Source: Lachnospiraceae bacterium (lineage in GTDB: Bacteria; Bacillota; Clostridia; Lachnospirales; Lachnospiraceae). Taken from it: a stretch of 50,559 nt of DNA. A program made the position numbers and the translations under genes. The notes below the pieces were generated by a model that worked only from the letters and a program-made list of their open reading frames with translations, was not told the origin of the DNA and ran no database searches. Position 1 is the first letter of the stretch, and every line of letters begins with the position of its first letter. Shown in pieces: positions 1 through 7,587 of this stretch. The stretch is taken from NCBI GenBank assembly GCA_030529705.1, contig JAUMWM010000002.1, positions 1-50,559 on the forward strand, read 5' to 3'.

Positions 1-57
1 GATACTATATATAGTACGAATTAGTGCGAAAAGTTTTTATTCTTCACTGCTGGCTCT

Positions 58-119
58 TCAATGATTTCTCAATGATTGGGGCGAAAAATTCAATGATTGA
101 GGGCACAAAATCAATAATA
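58..119. repeat. Degenerate 21-bp-period repeat with TCAATGATT core
   Basis: TCAATGATT at 58, 69 and 90, and TCAATAATA at 111; the last three are 21 bp apart. Confidence 0.5.
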
Positions 120-250
120 GGATCAGAAACAACCAAAATCAGAGCGAAAAAGGTCGAAATTTCCTCCTGATTCGGTCTTTGAGGCGTCAGGAATTGACAG
201 GAATTGTATGCGAAACCGTGAAAATAACCAGAATTGTTCAGGAAATGAGC

Positions 251-285
251 AATAAAAAAGGCCCAAATCTTTCGATTTAGACCTT
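251..285 (-). terminator. Intrinsic terminator of tRNA-Gln
   Basis: Minus strand AAGGTCTAAATC-GAAA-GATTTGGGCCTT followed by a T-rich run, directly after the tRNA. Confidence 0.8.
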
Positions 286-288
286 CAG

Positions 289-360
289 CTGGGCTACAAG
301 GATTCGAACCTTGAAATGACGGAGTCAGAGTCCGTTGCCTTACCATTTGGCGATAGCCCA
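289..360 (-). tRNA. tRNA-Gln(CTG), CCA not encoded
   Basis: Minus strand TGGGCTA/TAGCCCA acceptor stem, TGGTAAGG D-loop, anticodon loop CT-CTG-AC, GGTTCGAATCC T-arm. Confidence 0.96.
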
Positions 361-378
361 TTATCTGCAACAGAATGA

Positions 379-407
379 ATTATACTCTATGAGGAAATAA
401 AAAGCAA
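379..407 (-). promoter_or_regulatory. Sigma-A promoter of tRNA-Gln
   Basis: TTGCTT (407-402), 17 bp, TATAAT (384-379). Confidence 0.75.
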
Positions 408-656
408 GCACTTTTTTATGATTTTTCGCTTCACTTTCTTATGATTTTTTCGCTTCAGGCCGTAAAGCTCAATTCACACCATCACATCGTTCACACCGTC
501 GAACCATAGAGGTAGGGCGCAAAACAAAATCCATTTCCTGCGGAATGAAGTTGAAGTCAGCCATTTTTCTCTTGCCTTGCGAGGGTGAAAACGTGTATTA
601 TTTTTTAAGAATCTGCCTGTAAAATGGCGGAAAACAATTAAAAGAAGGGAGAAGCC

Positions 657-1085
657 ATGAACAAAAAACTAAGTATTGCAGCAATTATTCTTTCAATCAT
701 TGCAATCGCATTGTCCGCCTTCAGCATGACCCATATCGGGAACAAGGACAGCGGCGAGAAAGTCCCGGATATCCAGTATGTGCTCTATGTGGGTACCAAC
801 GACAAGGATACCAACGAACCGGTATATCCGCCGGAAGAATCCATGGAGAAAATGAAAAGTCTTCTGATCAAGAATTTCGGTGGTTACACCATCCAGGAGG
901 CGAACGGCGGATGGATCAATGACGAGGGGAAGGAATACCAGGAATATACCCTGGTCGTCTATCTGAGCGATACAACGTTGGATGATGTTCATGCCGTGTG
1001 TGACGAAGCAATCAAAGAATTCAACCAAAGTTCCATTTTGATTCAGGCGAATGAGACGACGACAGAGTTCTATGCGGGAGAGTAA
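657..1085 (+). CDS. DUF3574-like membrane-anchored or exported protein, 142 aa
   Basis: N-terminal hydrophobic segment; YVLYVGTNDKD, GGYTIQEANGGW and FNQSSILIQ motifs; RBS AAGGGAG. Confidence 0.7.
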   Translation: MNKKLSIAAIILSIIAIALSAFSMTHIGNKDSGEKVPDIQYVLYVGTNDKDTNEPVYPPEESMEKMKSLLIKNFGGYTIQEANGGWINDEGKEYQEYTLVVYLSDTTLDDVHAVCDEAIKEFNQSSILIQANETTTEFYAGE

Positions 1086-1156
1086 GAACTTTCGGTCTCG
1101 ATTTTACTGTCTTTTACAGAAACATGCCAGACGGACTGAGAACAAATGGTGGGGGA

Positions 1157-1867
1157 ATGGCAAAGAATAGATATTATGCGGTAAAGAAGGGTAAAAAAGA
1201 AGGGATTTTCGAAAGCTGGCAGGAATGCAGGGAACAGGTTGAAGGTGTCAGCGGAGCTGTCTACAAGGGATTTGCGACACGCGAAGAAGCCCAATGTTTC
1301 CTGGCGGGCGATGCCCGGTATGCGGAAGATAAGGCAGACAGGCTTTGCGGGCAACGGTATGCGGAAGAGAAGGCAGACGGGTTTTGCGGGCAAAAAGAAG
1401 GTGCTGCTGTTGATCCCGACCATTTGACTGCATACGTTGACGGCAGTTATGATCCCCATACAGGACGGTACGCATTTGGCTGCATCATGATCACTCCTTC
1501 CGGAGAAGAAATCCGTGAGTCGGGAAGCAACGATAATGAGGAAACAAAACAATTAAGAAACGTTGCGGGCGAGATGCTCGGAGCAATGTATGCTGTAAAA
1601 TGGGCTGAGGTTAACGGCTTTCAATCAATTGATCTGTATTACGATTACGAAGGGATTGAGCGATGGGCGGCTCATGAATGGAAGGCGAATACCGAATTAA
1701 CGAAAAAGTATGCAGACTTTATGGATGATTCCGCCCGGGCCATTACGATCAGATTTCATAAGGTAGCCGCTCACACAGGGGTAAAATACAATGAAGAAGC
1801 CGATCAATTGGCAAAAAGAGCTTTGACGCAGCAGACGGGCATACCGAAAATCAAACGTATAACCTAA
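1157..1867 (+). CDS. rnhA: Ribonuclease HI with N-terminal hybrid-binding (viroplasmin-like) domain
   Basis: YYAVKKG..GIF.SW.EC...V.G..GA.YKGF domain; catalytic-domain motifs YVDGSY, RNVAGE, YYDYEGI, KVAAHTG..YNEEAD. Start moved to ATG 1157 (RBS GGTGGGGG). Confidence 0.9.
   Translation: MAKNRYYAVKKGKKEGIFESWQECREQVEGVSGAVYKGFATREEAQCFLAGDARYAEDKADRLCGQRYAEEKADGFCGQKEGAAVDPDHLTAYVDGSYDPHTGRYAFGCIMITPSGEEIRESGSNDNEETKQLRNVAGEMLGAMYAVKWAEVNGFQSIDLYYDYEGIERWAAHEWKANTELTKKYADFMDDSARAITIRFHKVAAHTGVKYNEEADQLAKRALTQQTGIPKIKRIT
1316..1393 (+). repeat. In-frame 39-bp tandem duplication in the RNase H linker
   Basis: RYAEDKADRLCGQ / RYAEEKADGFCGQ at 1316-1354 and 1355-1393. Confidence 0.9.
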
Positions 1868-1904
1868 GATTTTTCTTCCATCTGTACGGTCAGACTGACA
1901 GATC

Positions 1905-1988
1905 TGTCATCCTGAGCATTGCGAAGAACTTATATAACAACAGATGCTGATATTATAACAACAGATGCTGATAAGACTCAAGATAAAG
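1905..1988. repeat. Degenerate copy of the TGTCATCCTGAGC palindromic element, with an internal 20-bp tandem repeat
   Basis: Left arm TGTCATCCTGAGCATTGCGAAG; decayed right arm CTCAAGATAAAG in the same 84-bp register as 4739-4822; TATAACAACAGATGCTGATA at 1933 and 1954. Confidence 0.6.
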
Positions 1989-2015
1989 CAGAGGGAGGCA
2001 CAAGCCTCCCTCTGC
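1980..2015 (-). terminator. Intrinsic terminator of the GH105 gene, possibly bidirectional
   Basis: 12-bp perfect stem GCAGAGGGAGGC-ACAA-GCCTCCCTCTGC followed by TTTATCTT on the minus strand. Confidence 0.8.
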
Positions 2016-2031
2016 ATATCCGAACGGAATT

Positions 2032-4488
2032 TTATAAACTTCCCCTGTAAGCCATGGCCTTTTCGTAATATCTATAGATAGATGCCACAGCTTTTTTCTC
2101 ATCGTCTGCTGTGCTGTTTTTCAGGATTGTGTTCACATAGGACAGCGCCGAGATTCTGAGTGTATACTCGCCGTCTGCCATAATGCTGATATCATTCATA
2201 TCCGCCAGCTTGTGTGCCGGCAGATCGTCAATTGCAATGACATACCTTCCGCCGCGCCTTTCTGCGGCAAATGCCTCCCCGCCCTGCACGGACACATCGG
2301 GTGTGCCTTCAAATCCGCTCTTTGTTGTAAAGTATATTTTCAGGGTCGTTCCGGAGTCGAGCATTAATGCAAACGTTGCGTTTCCAACCGCACTGCCGCC
2401 TGATCTGACAGAAACCTTATATATGTCAGTTACGTCTGCAAGTTCCTCAAAATCATATTCAGTGGTATCAGGTTCCGGCATCGGTGCATACTTGTCTTCC
2501 AGATTATTAATGCGGTTCAGGTATTTCTGGCAATGATAGCCATAGTCTCCGATTGCGCTTGCCAGATCGACCACCTCGCCCTCATACTGGGAAGGATTAT
2601 CCTTAATGATGGTCAGGTAGTCAACGACGGACACCGTATTCTCAATTGTCTCGGCGTTATCCGCCCCGTAATGGAAGACTGCCGTTATCTCCTCCGCCAT
2701 TTGCAGGACATTCACATAGCATGTGAAGCCGTAAGCAACATTTTTTCTATTCCGGAACTCCGGGTTCAGAGGGACATCCGTCTCCTTCCCGTTCACGAAA
2801 AATGCCATATAACTGTCTGCATACTCTTCAATGTCTCCCGGCAAATTCATGTAGACATTGACCCCAAGCTTTCCGCTTAATACCAGAGAGTAAGTTGCGA
2901 AGGATGGAGTTGGCGATACCGGTTCTTCAAATGTCACCGAGATAAACCCGCAGTAAATATCCTTATAAAACACATCCACTTCCTGGAGTTCCGGCACTGC
3001 CGGGTCATATTCTCCAAATGTCAGCTCCTCGCTCGTCACCGTGCGGTACGTTCCGTTTCCGTACTCGAGAAGGACGGAGACACCGGAAAAGTCGGGGGTT
3101 TCATTTGTCTCAAGGAACATATCCTCCCCGCCGATAATGGTCGCTGCCGGGTCGTTGTGAATTTCGGCGGCTGCATTTGCATATGTCGCTGCCATCATTA
3201 ACGGACCAACGCCCTTCGCCTCATTTGTTTTATACTCTTTGCTGAGATATCCTTCCGGAGACGTCTCGACGCCGGATGAGATGTAGACATTTTGGAGTCC
3301 CCCATCATCCAGATAGTTCATGACCGTGCCGTTGAACGCGCGGAGTCCGGCTTCCCCGTAAGTATCATCAAGATATCCTTCCACGTAGGATTTCATCATG
3401 GCGTAGGCGATGAGGGCAGTGCCGGATGTTTCAAGTTCGTTGTTGCTCACAGAGCCGGAAAGCTCCTGTCCGTAATTAATTACGTTATACCACATCCCGG
3501 TCGCGCTGTCCTGATATTCCATCATGCCGTCAAAGAGGCGCTTTTCAATCTCGACAAGGCAGTTCTTCTCATCGTCGTAGTCATCGGGAAGCATGCTGAT
3601 GACATCGGCGAGAGCAGCCGCGTACCAGCCGACTGCGCGGAGCCAGTACTGCCCGTTGAGGCCGGCCCCAGGACCCCAGCCATGGCTGTAGAGATGCGTA
3701 TCCTCAACATATAGATTTTCGCCGATCCAGAGCATGCGTTCCGTTACCTCGCTGTAGATAGCATCGGATGACGGTTCGGCGTAGGTGTTCGACTGGAAAT
3801 CGGCGGCGGACAGGGTGCCGTCGTCGAGGGCATTTGCAACCTCCATGAAAAACGGCTGGGCCATATAGAGACCGTCAAGAGCGACCTGGTAGGTTGCCCA
3901 GTTTGCGTTGTTCATTTTGTGCTTGAAGTTGCCGCCTGCCCCATCGGCACGATCAAAGCCTTTCATGACGCTGTATATGTAGTCAATCATCCTGCGGTAT
4001 TTATTGGCATATCTTTCCGGAGTTGTCGAATCGCGGAGCCGGTCGAAAAGGGCACGGGCGGGCGGGATCGAATCGAGCTCATTCTCCCTGTAATAGTTGT
4101 CGCTTGCGCCTGTGTTGTCAACCTTGCCCTGGTTCGTGATATTTGCATCGTAGAAGTTGTCAACATAGGAAGCGAAGTCTCCCCCATTAAGCATGAGGAA
4201 GGCATCCATCATGATTCCGTTGTAGTAGGTCCAGCTTCTCTTCTTCCTTTCCGTATCCCAGGTAAAGCCGCCGGTTCTCCGGCCGGAGTCGGAGTTCTCG
4301 TCGTAAAGGTGGTAGGCCAGGTCGGTTACACGGTCAACATTATCCTCCGTGTCAGAAACAGTTGTGCTGGTGAGATTATATTCCGGTTCCGGGTCGTCCG
4401 CCAGAACAGGCAGGGGGAGGAAGCCGGCCAGAAGGGTGATGGATAGAAACAGGGAAATAAGCTTGAGACAGGGATGTTTTGTGTTCAT
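2032..4488 (-). CDS. Secreted GH105/GH88-type unsaturated rhamnogalacturonyl hydrolase with Ig-like and unknown C-terminal domains, 818 aa
   Basis: Signal peptide ending PVLA-DD; YteR-like motifs WTYYNG, ELDSI, LDGLYMAQPF, LYSHGW, WLRAVGWY, ETSGTA, KGVGPLMMA; about 370-aa C-terminal extension. Confidence 0.85.
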   Translation of the reverse strand: MNTKHPCLKLISLFLSITLLAGFLPLPVLADDPEPEYNLTSTTVSDTEDNVDRVTDLAYHLYDENSDSGRRTGGFTWDTERKKRSWTYYNGIMMDAFLMLNGGDFASYVDNFYDANITNQGKVDNTGASDNYYRENELDSIPPARALFDRLRDSTTPERYANKYRRMIDYIYSVMKGFDRADGAGGNFKHKMNNANWATYQVALDGLYMAQPFFMEVANALDDGTLSAADFQSNTYAEPSSDAIYSEVTERMLWIGENLYVEDTHLYSHGWGPGAGLNGQYWLRAVGWYAAALADVISMLPDDYDDEKNCLVEIEKRLFDGMMEYQDSATGMWYNVINYGQELSGSVSNNELETSGTALIAYAMMKSYVEGYLDDTYGEAGLRAFNGTVMNYLDDGGLQNVYISSGVETSPEGYLSKEYKTNEAKGVGPLMMAATYANAAAEIHNDPAATIIGGEDMFLETNETPDFSGVSVLLEYGNGTYRTVTSEELTFGEYDPAVPELQEVDVFYKDIYCGFISVTFEEPVSPTPSFATYSLVLSGKLGVNVYMNLPGDIEEYADSYMAFFVNGKETDVPLNPEFRNRKNVAYGFTCYVNVLQMAEEITAVFHYGADNAETIENTVSVVDYLTIIKDNPSQYEGEVVDLASAIGDYGYHCQKYLNRINNLEDKYAPMPEPDTTEYDFEELADVTDIYKVSVRSGGSAVGNATFALMLDSGTTLKIYFTTKSGFEGTPDVSVQGGEAFAAERRGGRYVIAIDDLPAHKLADMNDISIMADGEYTLRISALSYVNTILKNSTADDEKKAVASIYRYYEKAMAYRGSL

Positions 4489-4687
4489 GCGGCACCTTCT
4501 TTCTTAAGGTTTTTGATTGTAGATCGTACCTGGGATTGGGTCGTCGTCAGGAGCAGTCACGAAATGGATTCGCCGGATAGCGGCGGTGCTTTGTGAGAGC
4601 TCCTTACTTTTTTCTTACTTTTATCATAATCTTTTTTCGGGGTAAAGTCCAGTAAAAGTGGCCATGGTATTATTCAGGGGCGGCGTT

Positions 4688-4851
4688 GTTACTGTTCACA
4701 CTTCCGCACAAAATCGCCTGTTTTTGCGGCAATTGGGGTGTCATCCTGAGCGTAAGCGAAGGATCTTTTACATAAAGCCGCTGCAGATGGTAAAAGATCC
4801 TTCGCTTACGCTCAGGATGACAAGGGCAGTACATGAGGTGTGAACAGTAAC
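4688..4851. mobile_element. MITE-like element with 17-bp terminal inverted repeats, containing a nested palindrome
   Basis: GTTACTGTTCACACTTC (4688-4704) versus GAGGTGTGAACAGTAAC (4835-4851), 16/17 complementary; no coding capacity. Confidence 0.55.
4739..4822. repeat. 84-bp palindromic element of the GTCATCCTGAGC...GCTCAGGATGAC type
   Basis: 33-bp perfect arms TGTCATCCTGAGCGTAAGCGAAGGATCTTTTAC / GTAAAAGATCCTTCGCTTACGCTCAGGATGACA. Confidence 0.9.
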
Positions 4852-4870
4852 GCGGCGTTTTTCGGCTCGC

Positions 4871-4937
4871 GGGGACGGTTCTTTTGGGTCAAAAAATCCA
4901 ATCCAAAAGAACCGTCCCCACGGACCGAAACCGTCCC
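4871..4937. repeat. REP-like hairpin of the GGGGACGGTTCTTTT / AAAAGAACCGTCCCC family
   Basis: 17-bp perfect stem 4871-4887 / 4903-4919 plus an extra partial arm AACCGTCCC. Confidence 0.85.
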
Positions 4938-4945
4938 TGTAAAAA

Positions 4946-5581
4946 TCACAACACGATCCTTATCCTCGTTCCCAGTCCCTCCCGGGACAGAACCTCGAAA
5001 TGACCCCCGTGCTTGTCGACGATCCACTTGGCGATAGACAGGCCGAGACCGGTTCCCGCGCTCCGGCGAACCTCGTCCGACCGATAGAACCGTTCGAATA
5101 TATGCGGAAGCTCCTCTCCGCTTATCCCCTGTCCCAGATCCTGCACCTGCAAATACGGTTTTCCGCGCTCATTCTTCCCATATGACAGGATAATTTCCTC
5201 TCCCCTGGGAGTGTACTTTGCCGAATTGTCAACGAGAATCCGAACAGCCTACTTCATAAGGCCGGCGTCAATCGATACCTCTGCAGACTCGCCGCCAAAC
5301 AGCCGATAACGATGCTCCTCGTCAATCATCAGCGACTCCTCATAGATTTCCTGCATGAGGTCGCCGGTCTGAACATTCTGCCTGTTGAGTGAAGTCTTCC
5401 CGCTGTCGCCCCTCGCAAGGAACAGGAGCTGCTCCACCAGATAACTCATATGATCCGCCTCGTTCCGGATTGCGGAGATGCTCTCGTCCAGAATCTTTTC
5501 GTCGGTCTTTCCCCAGCGGTCGAGCATATTTGCATAACCCTGAATCACCGCGATGGGCGTCCTGAGCTCGTGGGACGCATC
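4946..5581 (-). pseudogene. Sensor histidine kinase relic (HisKA and HATPase only, internal stop)
   Basis: H-box DASHELRTP, N-box ILVDNSAKY, G1 DLGQGI, F-box IFERFYR and G2 GTGLGLSI are all in one frame; in-frame TAG at 5249-5251; no sensor, TM or HAMP part upstream. Confidence 0.88.
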
Positions 5582-5593
5582 CGGTACCACTTT

Positions 5594-5676
5594 TGTCATC
5601 CTGAGCATAAGCGAAGGATCTTTTACTTTCTACAACCGCTTTATGTAAAAGATCCTTCGCTACGCTCAGGATGACA
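5594..5676. repeat. Second copy of the palindromic element, inverted relative to 4739-4822
   Basis: Same arms with a 1-bp deletion; reverse-complemented loop ATAAAGCGGTTGTAGAAA resembles loop ATAAAGCCGCTGCAGATG of the first copy. Confidence 0.9.
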
Positions 5677-5742
5677 AGACACCAGATACCCACTAAAACA
5701 GCGCTTATCAGTTCTCATCATTTGAAAATTTGAATTTGAAAC

Positions 5743-6273
5743 TTAGTTCTCTTCATTTGAAAATTCATCTATGATATTATCCGCAAATTCCCCGGCACTG
5801 TCGAGGACTCTGTTTGCCCGCTTCACACTTTCGGTTCCGTCAAATGCATACCGCACCCCGAAGAACAACGCTATGATCATGACCGGCACAATCGCCTCCC
5901 AGAAGAATGCCAGCAAGATTGCAAATACAATCGTCGGCAGCTGGAATAATGTATCTTCGTCCTTCTTGACGAGGAACACGGTGTGTTTCAGGAAATGGAT
6001 GAACACCCTGACCGCCTTGCCGAGCGTGCGGCCGAAATTTGGCGCGGAATTTTCCTGCTCTTCCACTTTGTCCCTGACCCTGATATAGTCTTTCTGCTCC
6101 TCATACTCCGTCGAGTAGGCTGCCGGTCCGGGTTCGCCGACCTTGCCTTCCCTCTCCAGCAACACCATCGCGTCAAGCATGTCCCAATCTGCCTCTTCAA
6201 GGGCTGACCTGGCTTCCTCGTAGGTTACATTTGCCTTCTCTCTGAGAAGTTCCACTTTTTCGAGCTTTTCCAT
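5743..6273 (-). CDS. UBA/TS-N-like domain and DUF4342-like membrane protein, 176 aa
   Basis: KVELLREKANVTYEEARSALEEADWDMLDAMVLLE N-terminus; C-terminal hydrophobic hairpin; RBS GGAGG. Confidence 0.75.
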   Translation of the reverse strand: MEKLEKVELLREKANVTYEEARSALEEADWDMLDAMVLLEREGKVGEPGPAAYSTEYEEQKDYIRVRDKVEEQENSAPNFGRTLGKAVRVFIHFLKHTVFLVKKDEDTLFQLPTIVFAILLAFFWEAIVPVMIIALFFGVRYAFDGTESVKRANRVLDSAGEFADNIIDEFSNEEN

Positions 6274-6453
6274 CTTGATACCTCCATCAAAAACTTACGT
6301 GTGCATTTGTTTATGTCAGAATCCTTAGGATGCATCGTTTTTAACTTACAGTTTAGGTACGGCCGCACCATGCTGACCATATTGTGTTGCCTGGCAACGA
6401 GTTCGACCGTTGCTTCTGTTTCCATTCGATGCGTTTCCTTTGTTGTTGATAAA

Positions 6454-6510
6454 AGGATACCGCTTCCAAATAAAAAAGTCCTGAGAGTTGCATTAAAAAT
6501 ACATTAAAAA
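6454..6510 (-). promoter_or_regulatory. Putative promoter with an OmpR-type tandem site
   Basis: TTTTTAATG direct repeat with 11-bp period (6491-6499, 6502-6510) upstream of a TATCCT -10 (6459-6454); no good -35. Confidence 0.4.
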
Positions 6511-6528
6511 ATGACGAGTAAAAAAAAC

Positions 6529-7110
6529 TTAAATGCTTAATGTTTTGTCCTTATTTAGAGCATATCCAATAACCGCACCCACAAGGCCGCCCACGATATG
6601 CGCCATATTTGAAATGTTATCGGAAACCGCAATCCCCTCGTAGACCTGCTGGCCGATGAAAATGATGGCGACAAGGATGAATGTCAGGGGAATTTCGCCT
6701 TCCCGAAAACCGGTGAACGATGACACCATGATGAATGCAAATACCACCCCGCTTGCGCCGCACAAGCCCACGTTCCAGAAGAGGACGTAGTTCACTATTG
6801 CGGTCACGACAGCCGTAACAAATATTATTTCGATAATCGTTTTTGACCCATACTTCTCCTCCAGCATGGGACCTAAAAGCAGAATGTAGGAAGCATTTCC
6901 GAGGAAGTGAGACCAGCCTGCATGGCCGAACACATGCGTAAAAAAGCGCAGATAAGTCAAAGGACTGAATAGTGACGAGTGATACGTCATGAATAAGAGA
7001 TTCGTGCTTTTGCCGCCAGTCAGTACGCCTATAATCAGCACGATAAGGCATATAAAAGTAAACGTAAGTGTGACCGGGGCGTTATAGGAAATCGAAAGTT
7101 TTTTCTTCAT
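6529..7110 (-). CDS. Rhomboid family intramembrane serine protease, 193 aa
   Basis: H..W.H..GN motif, GASG catalytic Ser, AHIVGGLVG catalytic His, multiple TM segments; RBS GAGGAGG. Confidence 0.92.
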   Translation of the reverse strand: MKKKLSISYNAPVTLTFTFICLIVLIIGVLTGGKSTNLLFMTYHSSLFSPLTYLRFFTHVFGHAGWSHFLGNASYILLLGPMLEEKYGSKTIIEIIFVTAVVTAIVNYVLFWNVGLCGASGVVFAFIMVSSFTGFREGEIPLTFILVAIIFIGQQVYEGIAVSDNISNMAHIVGGLVGAVIGYALNKDKTLSI

Positions 7111-7137
7111 ATATTTACCTCCTCTAAGGATCTTTCC

Positions 7138-7254
7138 CCTAAACCGACATACTGTGACGCTTTTCAGGCGAACCGCAGCGGTCTCCTCTTAGGCGCACTA
7201 TTTGCCTAAAGCGACATACCGTGCCGCTTTTCAGATGGACCGCAATTATCTCCT
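7138..7254. repeat. Imperfect 50-bp direct repeat, 67-bp period
   Basis: CCTAAACCGACATACTGTGACGCTTTTCAGGCGAACCGCA at 7138 versus CCTAAAGCGACATACCGTGCCGCTTTTCAGATGGACCGCA at 7205. Confidence 0.8.
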
Positions 7255-7334
7255 TCACAGTGCTGTGGACTTGAGAGAAATACCTAAGGGTATTTTATCA
7301 AAAAATGCGATATTTCGCTACAAAAGCATTGGTG

Positions 7335-7491
7335 CTTAAGAGCCTTGGAACTTAAGAGCCTTGGCTTCAGTTCGTGGGGGGCTTCAGCCCGCGGGGACGG
7401 TCCTTTTGGACCAAAAAATTTTGGCCCAAAAGGACCGTCCCCGCGGACCGAAAAAATTCGACCCAAAAGAACCGTCCCCGCGGGCTGAAGC
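7335..7491. repeat. Three-armed REP-like cluster preceded by a 14-bp tandem repeat
   Basis: CTTAAGAGCCTTGG at 7335 and 7351; left arm 7381-7409 is complementary to both 7426-7446 and 7463-7491. Confidence 0.85.
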
Positions 7492-7493
7492 GC

Positions 7494-7529
7494 AAAAAGC
7501 GGCCGCCGGACGTTATGTCCGGCGGCCGC
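7494..7529 (-). terminator. Intrinsic terminator of the giant adhesin gene
   Basis: 13-bp perfect stem GCGGCCGCCGGAC / GTCCGGCGGCCGC followed by TTTTT on the minus strand. Confidence 0.85.
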
Positions 7530-7587
7530 CCTGTTTCGTTATGCTGTTGTTAGCTATCGCTATTCTAGCCCGAAAGGGTCAGTTTGT

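Noticed and set aside
44-370. 108-aa minus-strand ORF
   Set aside because: Runs through the tRNA and its terminator
495-565. Possible c-di-GMP-I riboswitch (GGGCGCAAA...GTCAGCCA)
   Set aside because: No GNRA-capped P2 stem or convincing P1/P3 pairing found; an Infernal search would settle it
4658-5037. Short ORFs over the repeat cluster, and likewise 7361-7948 and 47718-48092
   Set aside because: Translations of palindromic repeats or antisense to real genes
5249-5251. Amber read-through or pyrrolysine at the kinase TAG, or suppression by the nearby tRNA
   Set aside because: The tRNA anticodon is CTG, not CTA; no pyl genes are visible; the gene is also 5'-truncated, so a CAG-to-TAG mutation is simpler
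7138-7491. CRISPR array
   Set aside because: Only two or three imperfect units, no regular unique spacers and no cas genes
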